Positions 55,488 to 64,000 of a DNA stretch of 64,000 nucleotides are shown in pieces. The translations under genes and the position numbers were made by a program. The first letter of the stretch is position 1, and the number at the start of each line of letters is the position of its first letter. This DNA is from an uncultured delta proteobacterium (GTDB lineage: Bacteria > Myxococcota_A > Polyangia > Polyangiales > JAFGIB01), in contig CAVZVA010000009.1 of assembly GCA_963778655.1 (NCBI GenBank), positions 896,001 through 960,000 of the forward strand, read 5' to 3'. The notes under the pieces are model-generated. The model was not told the origin of the DNA. It saw nothing but the letters and a program-made list of their open reading frames with translations, and did no database searches.

Positions 55488-58400
55488 CTACTCGGCCGCG
55501 CTTTCGCCCTCTTCGGCGATCCGCTCGTCGTGCTCGGCCGCGGGCTCGCCGTGCACGGCCACGCCGCTCTCCGCCCTGCGCGCGAACCCACTGCGCCCAG
55601 GCACGTGGATGCGCACTCGGCTGATCAGCGGGTGCGAGGAAGGGCGCTCGATCACGGCGGGCTCGGCGCGCTCGAGCTTGCGCTTCGGGAAGTCCAGCCA
55701 GTGGCGCTCGCGTTGGAAGGGATAGCTCGGCAGCGTGAGCTTGGCGCGCGGGTAGGGCGCGTCGAACGCGCGCCAGTCGATCTCGGCGCCGCGCGCGTAG
55801 AGCTGAGCTAGCGTGCCGAGCAGCGCGGCCCAGTCGTCGCCGCTTGCGCAGAGGGAGGGCAGGGCGAGCTCTGCAGGCCCCGGATCCGCGGCCGCCGCGG
55901 GGCCGAGCTCGAGGCAAATGTCCGCGTGCTCGCCGATCAGCGCCGGCACGCCGCCGGCTGCGGTGGGCTCGTGGTAGAGCTGGCGCGCCCAGTGCTCGGT
56001 GTTCGGCAGCTCGCCCGGCGCGAGCCAACCCCCGCGCCACGCGCTGGCCAGCGGGAGCTCGGGCGCTGCGTACTGAGCGGCGTCCAATGCGACGCGCAGC
56101 CCATGTACGGTCAGGCGCTGCGTGGCGCCCGGCGCCAGCCCTTCGAGCACGACCCCGCGGCGGGTCGCGAGCACCAGCGCCTGCTCCCACGACATCGCGC
56201 CTGCGGCGGCAGCGGCCGCGTATTCGCCCGCGCCCGAGCCGTAGACCGCGCTCGGCTCGAGCCCCCAGCTGCGCCACAGCGCGTGCAGCGCGTAGTGCAG
56301 CGCCAGAAGCGCGGCGTGGCCGTAGCTCGGACGGCAGAGCAACGCCGCGCGCTCGCTCTGGGGCGCGTGGTAGAGCGCGTCGAGCAGCGGGTGTTCCAGC
56401 TCCTGGGCAAGCACACGGTTGCAGTGCTCCAGGCTCTGGCGCAGCCGAGGGTGGGCCTGCCACAGCGCCAGGGCGGCACCGGGCGACACCACGCGCTGTG
56501 GAAAAGCGAACGCGACGCGCAGGCGCGCGCCCGGCTTGAGCACGCCGGCGTGCACGCCCGGGGCAGGCGCGCCGCCGGCGAAACGCTGCAGCGCTTCGCG
56601 CGCGTCGGCGGCATCGGCCGCGCTCACCCCCAGGCGGTGCGCGAAGTGGCTGCGGCCCACGCCCGCGGTGAAGCAGTAGTCTGCGAATAGCTCGGGCGGC
56701 GCGTGGGCCAGCGCGTGCCGCGTGCGCGCCGCGAGCTGGGACAGGGCTGCGGGCGTGCGCGCCGACAACACCAGCAAGTGGCGCGGCCGCTCGTGGTCGC
56801 AAGGGTGCACGCGCGCCGCGGGCGCCTCGCGCAGCACCACGTGTGCGTTGGTGCCGCCGAAGCCGAACGCGCTCAGCCCGGCGAAGCGCGGGCGCTCGCC
56901 GCGCCGCCAGGGCACGGCCAGAGTGGGGATCTCGAGCGGCAGCGCGTCGATGCCGATGTCGGGGTGCACGTCCCGCAGGTGCAAGTGAGGCGGGATCTCG
57001 GCGTGGTGCAGCGCCAGGGCGACCTTGATCAACGCGACCATACCGGAGGCGGCTTCGAGATGCCCGACGTTGGTCTTGGCCGAGCCCACCAGCAGCGGAC
57101 GGCCCGGCGGGCGCCCCGCCATCACCTCGCCGAGCGCGCGCAGCTCGACCGCGTCGGCCACCGGGGTGCCCACGCCGTGACACTCGACGTAGTCGATCTC
57201 GTCCGCGCTGACCTCGGCCGAGCGGAGCGCCTGCTGCAGCAGCGCCTGCTGCGAGCGGCCGTTCGGCGCCAGCAGGCCGTTGCTGCGGCCGTCGTGGTTG
57301 ACCGCGCCCCCCGCGAGCAGCGCGTAGACGCGGTCGCCGTCCGCCAGCGCGGCCGACAGCGGCTTGAGCACCACCACTCCGGCGCCCTCGCTGCGCACGA
57401 ATCCATCCGCCCGGCTGTCGAAGCTCTTGCAGCGGCCGTCGCGGGATAGGGCGCGCGCGTGCGAGAAGTACACGCTCGCCTCCGGCGCGAGCACCACGTT
57501 GACGCCGCCCACGATGGCAAGCTCGCAGTCTAGCTCGCGCAGGCTGCGGCAGGCGTGCTGCAGCGCGACCAGCGAGGACGAGCAGGCGCTGTCGACGGTC
57601 TCGCTCGGACCCTTGAGGTCGAGGAAGTACGAGAGCCGGTTGGCGACGATGCTGGGCGCGTTGCCGGTGCCGTAGTCGGCGTCGATCATCTGCAGGTCGC
57701 CGCCATACAGCAGGCTGTACTCGCTGCCGCACACGCCCGCGAACACACCGGTGGCGCTGCCCGCGAGCGCGGTGGGCGCCTGGCCCGCGTCCTCGAGCGC
57801 CTCCCACGCGACCTCCAGGAACATGCGCTGCTGCGGATCCAGGCGCGCCGCCTCGTGCGTGGAGATGCCGAAGAAGGCGGCGTCGAACGCATCCACTCCC
57901 TCGACGAAGCCGCCCCACTTGCTGCACATCTTGCCGCGGGCGCCGGGCTCGGGATCGTAGAGCGCGTCCGCGTCCCAACGCTCCGGCGGCACCTCGCTGA
58001 TCGCATCGACCCCGTTGCGCAGCAGCTGCCAGAAGCCCTTGAGGTTGGGTGCGCCGGGGAAGCGACAGGCCATGCCCACGATCGCGATCGGCTCCTGTGC
58101 CCGCGCGCGCGCCCGCTGGCGCGGCGCGCGCACGGCCGGCGCGGAGGGCCGCGTGGCGGCGTCGCCGCCCGACAGAGCGCGCGCGAGATCGGCGATGGTC
58201 GGGTTGTCGTACGAGATGGTCGCGGGCAGCTGCGTGCCGAGCCACTGCTGCAGCTCCTCGGTCAGCTCGGCGGCGAGCAGCGAGTCCACGCCGTAGCGCG
58301 CGAGCGGCTCGCGCGGGTCGATCTCGCCGGCGTCGCGCTCGAGCTTCTCGGCCAGGCGCTCGCGCAGCCACTGGACGATGCGCTGCTCGCGCTGAAGCGC

Positions 58401-60305
58401 GGTCGGCCGGGTGAGCGTGCGAAACGGGGGCGCATCGTCGCCGCCTTGGCTCTGTTCGACGGTTCGAGGCGGCGGTGCGTCGGCGCTGCGCTGCGGCCGT
58501 TCGCTCCAGCGAGGCGACGGCAGAGAGCCCGCTGAAGGCGCGGAGCTCTGGTCGCGCCCCCGGTCGGCACCCGCGAGCTGCCACGACGCCACCACCTGCA
58601 GGTCGCCGGCGAGGTAGGCCTGCCTGGTCGCGCGCCGCTGCACCTTGCCGCTCGAGGTTTTCAGCATGCTGCCGCGCTTGATCAGCACCAGTGCGGCCGG
58701 CGCCAGGTCGTGCGCCTCGCGGATCGCCTGCGCCGCGCCCCGCAGCAGCGCGTCCTGATCGGCGCCCAGCCGCTTGTCGAGCTCCTGCACCACCACCAGC
58801 TGCTCGCCCAGCTCGCCGTCGACGGAGAACGCCGCGCCGGCGTCCGCCACCAACGCCGCGTGCATGTCCTGCACCGTGCGCTCGATGTCCTGGGGGTAGT
58901 GGTTGCGCCCGCGCACGATGATCAGGTCCTTGAGCCGGCCAGTGATGAACAGCTCGCCCTCGTCGAAGAACCCGAGGTCGCCGGTGCGCAGAAAAGGCCC
59001 CTCGTGCGTATCCGCGGTGTGCGCGCGAAAGGTCCGCTCCGTCTCCTCGGGTCGATTCCAATACCCGAGCGCCACGGACCGGCTCTGCACCCAGATCTCC
59101 CCGACCCGCCCTTCCGGCAGCGTGCACAGCGTGTACGGGTCGACGATCAAAATGCGCTCGTCGAGCAACGCATGCCCGCACCCGACCAGCGTGCGGGTCC
59201 GTGGCGCGGATTCGGACGGGCCGGCGACGCGCGCCGCGTGCCCCTGCTCCAGCTCGCCGGCATCATATGCGCGCACCAGAGGAGGCGACGCCGGATCGCC
59301 GCCCGAGATCATCAGGGTCGCTTCCGCCATGCCATAGCAGGGGTACATGGCTTCGCGCCGCAGCCCGTGCGCGGCGAAGGCATGCGCGAAGCTCGCGATG
59401 GTCGAGGGTTTGATCGGCTCGGCGCCATTGCAGACCACGCGCACCGAGGTGAGGTCGAGACCGACGCGGTCCCTGGCATCGATGCGGCGTAGGCACAGGT
59501 CGAAGGCGAAATTGGGAGCCATCAAGACGCTGGCCCGGTGGTGTTGGGCAGCGACAAGCCAGCGCTTGGGGCGGCGCACGAACGCCTGGGACGGCATCAA
59601 CACGGCTCTGCCACCGACGTACAGCGCTTGGAAGATGCCGCCCATCAGCCCCATGTCGTGGAACGGTGGCAACCAGCTGAGAAAGACGTCGTCCGCGGTC
59701 GTGGTGCTGCCGGCCCGGATGATCTCCTGGCCAGCGAGCAGCTGAGCGTTCGTCAGCAGCACACCCTTGGGCTCGGAGGTGGATCCCGACGTGTACTGGA
59801 GAATGGCGGGCCGCTCCGGCGCGGCGCCCACCACGACGCCGCCCAAGGCGTCGCCCTGGACCGCGCTGGAGACGTCGACCAACGCGATCTCGCCGAGCGG
59901 GCGCTCCGCGTCTGCCGCCCAGCGCGCGCGCAACTCACCGGTAGTCAGCGCGCTCTGCGCGCCCGAGTCCTGCGCGATCGCCCGAATCCGTTGCCAAGCC
60001 CGAGCCACGCCGCCTTTCCCCGGTGGGTATGCAGGCACCGCGATCGCGCCGGCGTACAGGCAGCCGAGCAGGGCGACGACGTAATCGAGGCCCTCCGGGC
60101 AGAGCACTAGCACGGCGCGGCCTTCTGCACCCAGCGAGATCAGGGCGGCACCTGCGGCCCGCGCACGCCGGTCCAGCGAGGCGTAGGTCAGCTCGACCGC
60201 CGCCGTAGCGGCTGAGTCGAGAAACGTATACGCCACGCGATTGGGGTGCTGGCCGCTGTGCCGCTGCAATACGTCCAGCAGGGATTCATCAACAGCGACA
60301 GCCAT
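55488..60305 (-). CDS. FAAL-ACP-KS-AT(degenerate) polyketide synthase
   Basis: FAAL: LQYTSGSTSEPKG, WLPPFHDMGL, PCYGMAEATL, LRTGDLG, KTSSGK. ACP: YGVDSL. KS: EPIAIVGMACRFPG, DSACSSSL, ECHGVGT, KTNVGH. AT-like region with YGSGAGE; ends LPSYPFQRERHW. Confidence 0.9.
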   Translation of the reverse strand: MAVAVDESLLDVLQRHSGQHPNRVAYTFLDSAATAAVELTYASLDRRARAAGAALISLGAEGRAVLVLCPEGLDYVVALLGCLYAGAIAVPAYPPGKGGVARAWQRIRAIAQDSGAQSALTTGELRARWAADAERPLGEIALVDVSSAVQGDALGGVVVGAAPERPAILQYTSGSTSEPKGVLLTNAQLLAGQEIIRAGSTTTADDVFLSWLPPFHDMGLMGGIFQALYVGGRAVLMPSQAFVRRPKRWLVAAQHHRASVLMAPNFAFDLCLRRIDARDRVGLDLTSVRVVCNGAEPIKPSTIASFAHAFAAHGLRREAMYPCYGMAEATLMISGGDPASPPLVRAYDAGELEQGHAARVAGPSESAPRTRTLVGCGHALLDERILIVDPYTLCTLPEGRVGEIWVQSRSVALGYWNRPEETERTFRAHTADTHEGPFLRTGDLGFFDEGELFITGRLKDLIIVRGRNHYPQDIERTVQDMHAALVADAGAAFSVDGELGEQLVVVQELDKRLGADQDALLRGAAQAIREAHDLAPAALVLIKRGSMLKTSSGKVQRRATRQAYLAGDLQVVASWQLAGADRGRDQSSAPSAGSLPSPRWSERPQRSADAPPPRTVEQSQGGDDAPPFRTLTRPTALQREQRIVQWLRERLAEKLERDAGEIDPREPLARYGVDSLLAAELTEELQQWLGTQLPATISYDNPTIADLARALSGGDAATRPSAPAVRAPRQRARARAQEPIAIVGMACRFPGAPNLKGFWQLLRNGVDAISEVPPERWDADALYDPEPGARGKMCSKWGGFVEGVDAFDAAFFGISTHEAARLDPQQRMFLEVAWEALEDAGQAPTALAGSATGVFAGVCGSEYSLLYGGDLQMIDADYGTGNAPSIVANRLSYFLDLKGPSETVDSACSSSLVALQHACRSLRELDCELAIVGGVNVVLAPEASVYFSHARALSRDGRCKSFDSRADGFVRSEGAGVVVLKPLSAALADGDRVYALLAGGAVNHDGRSNGLLAPNGRSQQALLQQALRSAEVSADEIDYVECHGVGTPVADAVELRALGEVMAGRPPGRPLLVGSAKTNVGHLEAASGMVALIKVALALHHAEIPPHLHLRDVHPDIGIDALPLEIPTLAVPWRRGERPRFAGLSAFGFGGTNAHVVLREAPAARVHPCDHERPRHLLVLSARTPAALSQLAARTRHALAHAPPELFADYCFTAGVGRSHFAHRLGVSAADAADAREALQRFAGGAPAPGVHAGVLKPGARLRVAFAFPQRVVSPGAALALWQAHPRLRQSLEHCNRVLAQELEHPLLDALYHAPQSERAALLCRPSYGHAALLALHYALHALWRSWGLEPSAVYGSGAGEYAAAAAAGAMSWEQALVLATRRGVVLEGLAPGATQRLTVHGLRVALDAAQYAAPELPLASAWRGGWLAPGELPNTEHWARQLYHEPTAAGGVPALIGEHADICLELGPAAAADPGPAELALPSLCASGDDWAALLGTLAQLYARGAEIDWRAFDAPYPRAKLTLPSYPFQRERHWLDFPKRKLERAEPAVIERPSSHPLISRVRIHVPGRSGFARRAESGVAVHGEPAAEHDERIAEEGESAAE

Positions 60306-60699
60306 AGACGCAGCCCGGCGAAGAAGCGCAGCCTAGCCTATCCGAAAGCTTGTTCGGAAAATGTTTCGATTTCGATTCTGGCTCGATGCTGACGGCGATC
60401 AGCCCCAGGTTGCAGACTAATTGCGTCGGCTCCGGAGCGCGTGAGCTCCGGCCGCCGCCCACTGACAGCGCCGAGTATCGGATCACAAGGGCCAGTTGGG
60501 ACTCGAACATGTGTATAGCGAGGAGCTGAACGCGCGTGCGGGCTTCCGACTCTTGGCTAAAGAAGTTACGGGATTGGAGTGCCAAGCCCGGAGTCAAAGA
60601 GAGAGCTGGCAGCACCCCGGTGCGCGGGGAGTTGCGTACTCCATGACCGACCCGCGGCGGTTGTCCGTTGCGGGTCAGCGGCTACGTTGACCTAAGAAT

Positions 60700-63600
60700 A
60701 TGTCCGAGGATCGAGACCGACCTGCAGGCGCGCCGCCCCCGCGCAAACACCGGCACGACGCGGACGCGCCGTCGTTCATAGAGCTGGAGTGCGACGTAGC
60801 CCGCGCTGCCCTCGCCCTTCCCTCCGATGCACACGGGCTGCTGGCGCTCGCAATCGCGCTCGATGCCGTGGCGGCCGGGGTGGCCGAAGTGCTCGGTATG
60901 CCCAAGGACTTGGCTTGCATCGACGTGGCGCCAGCTCTGTTCGAGCCGGGTGTGGTGACATTGAATGTCGGCGTCGACGTTCTCGAGTCCACCTTTCTCG
61001 TCAAGGCGAGTCGCGCTGGCGCGGGAGGGGAGCAACTCACGATCGCCGCAATGGGCCGGCTCGAGGATCCTCGCGCCGCAGGCATCCCGCGCTTATCCAT
61101 GATCCTGTCCCGCACCGGCGGGACGGTCGCGATCGAGCTCGACGCCGTCAGCAACGAGGGCCCCGGCGCCGAGCTCATCGCGCTGGAGCGAGCGTTGAGG
61201 CTCGCCGGAGAAGCCGCCGGATCCACGACGCGCCCGTGGGCACGGCCCGCGCACATCGCGCGGTTTTCGCAGGCGCCCAACCGGGCCGCGGTGGTCAGCA
61301 TCCGCGCCGTGGCCGTCGAGCCCAACATGGCGTGGGTCACGTTGTTGGACGCGGAAGGAGCGCCGGCCGCTACCCTCGAAGGAGTCGACTTTGGCGATTC
61401 AGCAAGCGGGCGACAGGCCCTGCCGGCCCTGGTGATGGAAGTCGCGCGCGCGACGCTCGGTGAGGCATTCGGCCCGAACGACAATTTGGTGCGCGCGGGC
61501 CTGGGGTCATTGGACATCCTGCGTCTGCTCGACGCGATCGAACACGCCTTCCACAGGCGCATCGGTCGTAACGCGTTCCTGCGTGACCCCACGCTCGCCG
61601 GTCTCGCGGCGTTGTGCGAGCTGGAAGCCTGCGCCGATCCCGCGTTCGACGCGCGGCTTTCCGAGGGGGAGCCGCGTCCGGCCCGCGCTGTCCCACTCAC
61701 CACGGCCGAACGCCATCTGTGGCTGTTGGAGCAGAGCGGCACCCTCGCTGGAACCTACAACGAGCTGATCGTCTTTCGACTCGACGGCCGTCTCGACCGC
61801 GATGCTCTTTCAGCCGCGATGGCACAGGTCGTCCACCGGCACCCTGGACTTCGCTCCGGGTTCCACGCGGAGGGCGCAGAGTTGCTGCGCAACGCGCTCA
61901 TCCGGGCGATTCCCGACAGCCGGTTCCATGACTTCGCCTCGCTCGACCCGGAGGCCGCGCAACGCGCGGCGACCTCAGCCATCGCGGCCCACGCGTGTGA
62001 GCCGTTCGACCTGCACCGCGGTCCCCTGCTGCGCTGGATCAGCGTCAGGATGCCTGACGCCACGGATCTGCTCGCGCTGGTCGCTCATCATCTGGTGATC
62101 GACGAGTGGTCTCTCGGGAGGGTGCTGCTACCCGAGCTGTGCGACTTCTATCGTTTGCCCGCCGACGTACGACCGGAGCCCTCGCCAGCGCCGGCGAGCC
62201 TGCCCGACCGGGCGGCGCGCGAGGAAGCGTCCCGGACCGGATCGGCCTACGCGGCCTCGCTGGCTTGGTGGACGCGGTACCTGGACCAGGCGGTACAGCC
62301 TCTGCAGCTGTCGGCGGCTGCAGCGGCCGATGAGGGCGCCGGCTACGACGGGCACGTGGAGACATTTCCTCTGGACCCAGCTGCCATACAGCGGCTCGGT
62401 GCGCTTGCGAGGTCGGCGGGCGCAACACCGGCATCCGGCGTCATGGCTGCATTGCAGCTCGTGCTCAATCGGCTGTGCGAGGAGGAGGTCTTCTGCATCG
62501 GCGTCTTCTGCGCCGGGCGAGATCTCGTCGCCGACGCCGGCGAGGTGGGGTATTACGCCAACCTACTTCCCGTCCGCGCTGATCTGAGGGGCGAGCCGAG
62601 CGTCGCGGAGCTCATCGCGCGCGTGCACGAGAATATGAGCGGCGTGCTCGCCCATTCGAGGGTGCCCTTTGCCGAGATTGCGCAAGCGGCGCGCCGCGCT
62701 GGTGGGTCGTCTTCTGCCGCGGGGCTGGTGCAGGTGGTCTTCGCCCAGGACGATCTCCCCGACCGGTTGGAGCTAGGCTCTCTGCGGGCGACGCGAATCG
62801 GCCTGGACAAGGGGCGTGCCAAGTTCGAGCTCACCGTCACCACGCGGCTCGGCGGTGCCGCCCGGGCGCCGACCATGACGTGGGAATACCGCACCGGCAT
62901 CCTCGACGGCGACAGCGTACGGAGGCTCGCCCAGTTGCTGGGGGCCTCCATCGATTGGATGTCCAAGAACCCGGAAAGCTCGATCTCGAACGTCGAGCTG
63001 CTCAGCTCCCGACAAGCCTCGGCCGTGATCGCGCGCGGTTCGGGACCGCAGAGCGCCCTTCCGCTCAAGCGTGTGTCGCAGATGATTGTCGAACAGGCAG
63101 CCTGCACCCCCGACGAGATTGCGGCCGTCTCGCACGCGAAGAGCCTTTCGTACCGAGACATTGAGAGGGGCAGTCGGGCGCTTGCGGCTGCTGTCCATCG
63201 AGCCGGCGTGCGGCCGGGCAGCTTCGTGGGCGTTGCGTTGGAGCGTGGGGTCGAGCTGCCGATGGCGCTTCTCGCCGTCCTGCGCGCGGGTTGTGCCTAT
63301 GTTCCACTCGACCTGGACCAACCGCCCGATCGTTTGCGGTGGATCGTTCGGGATGCAGGCGTCAGCGCCGTGCTTTCGTCTGGTGGCAGCGCGCGGCGGA
63401 CGCTCTCGGAGCTGATCCACGTGGATGTCCCCGCCGGCGTTGTCGAGGAAGAGTTGCTTCCTCTCGACGAGGGGCAACTCTCGATCGAGGACGTTGCGTA
63501 TGCGATCTACACCTCGGGTTCCACCGGACAACCAAAGGGGGTGCTGGTCAGACACGCGGGAGTTTCGAACGTGTTTCACGGTGTCGCGGAGCGCTTGGGG

Positions 63601-64000
63601 CGGCACGAGTCCAGCGTTTGGCTCGCGGTCACGAGCCTTGCGTTCGACATCGCTGCTCTCGAGCTGCTGTGGCCGCTGTGTTTCGGAGGGGTCGTCGCTG
63701 TCGATCCGGGACTCGCCGCCGACCAGCCGGACGCGCAGGATTGGCCCGGCCGGCTCGCGGAGGTGGGCCTTCCGCAAGGAGTCACGCACCTGCAGTGCAC
63801 TCCGACCGGCCTCGCAATGTTGCTTCGCACGGCCGAGGGCCGTGCGCTGTTGCGCGGCGTGCGCGAGCTCATGATCGGCGGTGAGGTCCTTTCTCCGGCG
63901 CTCGTCGGGCGAGCGCGCTCCGCCGGCAGCGCCCGGATCTGGAACATGTACGGGCCCACGGAGACGACCATCTGGTCCTCGATGCACGAGGTGGGTCGGG
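60700..64000 (+). CDS. NRPS, partial (DH-like region, carrier domain, condensation domain, adenylation domain, probably Gly); continues past window end
   Basis: Frame from ATG 60700 translated by hand with no stop seen; absent from the ORF track because it has no stop in the window. T: RAGLGSLDIL. C: AERHLWLL, YN, RHPGLR, HHLVIDEWS, AKFEL. A: YVPLD, IYTSGSTGQPKGV, FDIAALEL, HLQCTP, IGGE, NMYGPTETTIWS. Confidence 0.9.
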   Translation, partial: MSEDRDRPAGAPPPRKHRHDADAPSFIELECDVARAALALPSDAHGLLALAIALDAVAAGVAEVLGMPKDLACIDVAPALFEPGVVTLNVGVDVLESTFLVKASRAGAGGEQLTIAAMGRLEDPRAAGIPRLSMILSRTGGTVAIELDAVSNEGPGAELIALERALRLAGEAAGSTTRPWARPAHIARFSQAPNRAAVVSIRAVAVEPNMAWVTLLDAEGAPAATLEGVDFGDSASGRQALPALVMEVARATLGEAFGPNDNLVRAGLGSLDILRLLDAIEHAFHRRIGRNAFLRDPTLAGLAALCELEACADPAFDARLSEGEPRPARAVPLTTAERHLWLLEQSGTLAGTYNELIVFRLDGRLDRDALSAAMAQVVHRHPGLRSGFHAEGAELLRNALIRAIPDSRFHDFASLDPEAAQRAATSAIAAHACEPFDLHRGPLLRWISVRMPDATDLLALVAHHLVIDEWSLGRVLLPELCDFYRLPADVRPEPSPAPASLPDRAAREEASRTGSAYAASLAWWTRYLDQAVQPLQLSAAAAADEGAGYDGHVETFPLDPAAIQRLGALARSAGATPASGVMAALQLVLNRLCEEEVFCIGVFCAGRDLVADAGEVGYYANLLPVRADLRGEPSVAELIARVHENMSGVLAHSRVPFAEIAQAARRAGGSSSAAGLVQVVFAQDDLPDRLELGSLRATRIGLDKGRAKFELTVTTRLGGAARAPTMTWEYRTGILDGDSVRRLAQLLGASIDWMSKNPESSISNVELLSSRQASAVIARGSGPQSALPLKRVSQMIVEQAACTPDEIAAVSHAKSLSYRDIERGSRALAAAVHRAGVRPGSFVGVALERGVELPMALLAVLRAGCAYVPLDLDQPPDRLRWIVRDAGVSAVLSSGGSARRTLSELIHVDVPAGVVEEELLPLDEGQLSIEDVAYAIYTSGSTGQPKGVLVRHAGVSNVFHGVAERLGRHESSVWLAVTSLAFDIAALELLWPLCFGGVVAVDPGLAADQPDAQDWPGRLAEVGLPQGVTHLQCTPTGLAMLLRTAEGRALLRGVRELMIGGEVLSPALVGRARSAGSARIWNMYGPTETTIWSSMHEVGR

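Noticed and set aside
55309..59181. 1290 aa minus-strand ORF and other long Arg/Ala-rich overlapping ORFs
   Set aside because: Alternative-frame artefacts of high GC overlapping genes with clear motifs.

Overview
GC-rich bacterial window, most likely from a myxobacterium (Polyangiales/Sandaracinaceae-like). The lineage call rests on a MYXO-CTERM protein, a TIGR02266-type PilZ protein, large Ser/Thr kinase-ATPase fusions and Cys-rich lipoproteins. 1-26.5 kb is a surface-polysaccharide locus (GT2/GT4, deacetylase, lyase-like lipoprotein, WcaJ, two Wza/SLBB proteins, split rmlABCD, exosortase E with its VPEID-CTERM target, divergent sigma54 promoters). Inserted in it is a compact 7-gene cassette (7.3-13.8 kb) that pairs proline-to-pyrrole(ine) starter enzymes (prolyl-carrier dehydrogenase, Pro-type A domain, PCP) with a dissociated type II synthase (ACP, KS, chain-length-factor-like KS, KR). 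This cassette is the best candidate for an undescribed system. 28.7-34.4 kb holds three Cys-rich lipoproteins that share two unannotated domains. 34-55 kb contains kinases, asd, pcaF, a fatty acid hydroxylase, a BtuCDF-like ABC transporter and a DUF2330/MYXO-CTERM protein. 55.5-64 kb is a divergent pair: FAAL-ACP-KS-AT(degenerate) and an NRPS (DH-like-T-C-A[Gly]) that runs off the window and is missing from the ORF track. No rRNA, tRNA, CRISPR array or intact transposase was recognised. All assignments come from reading motifs by eye; no database searches were run.
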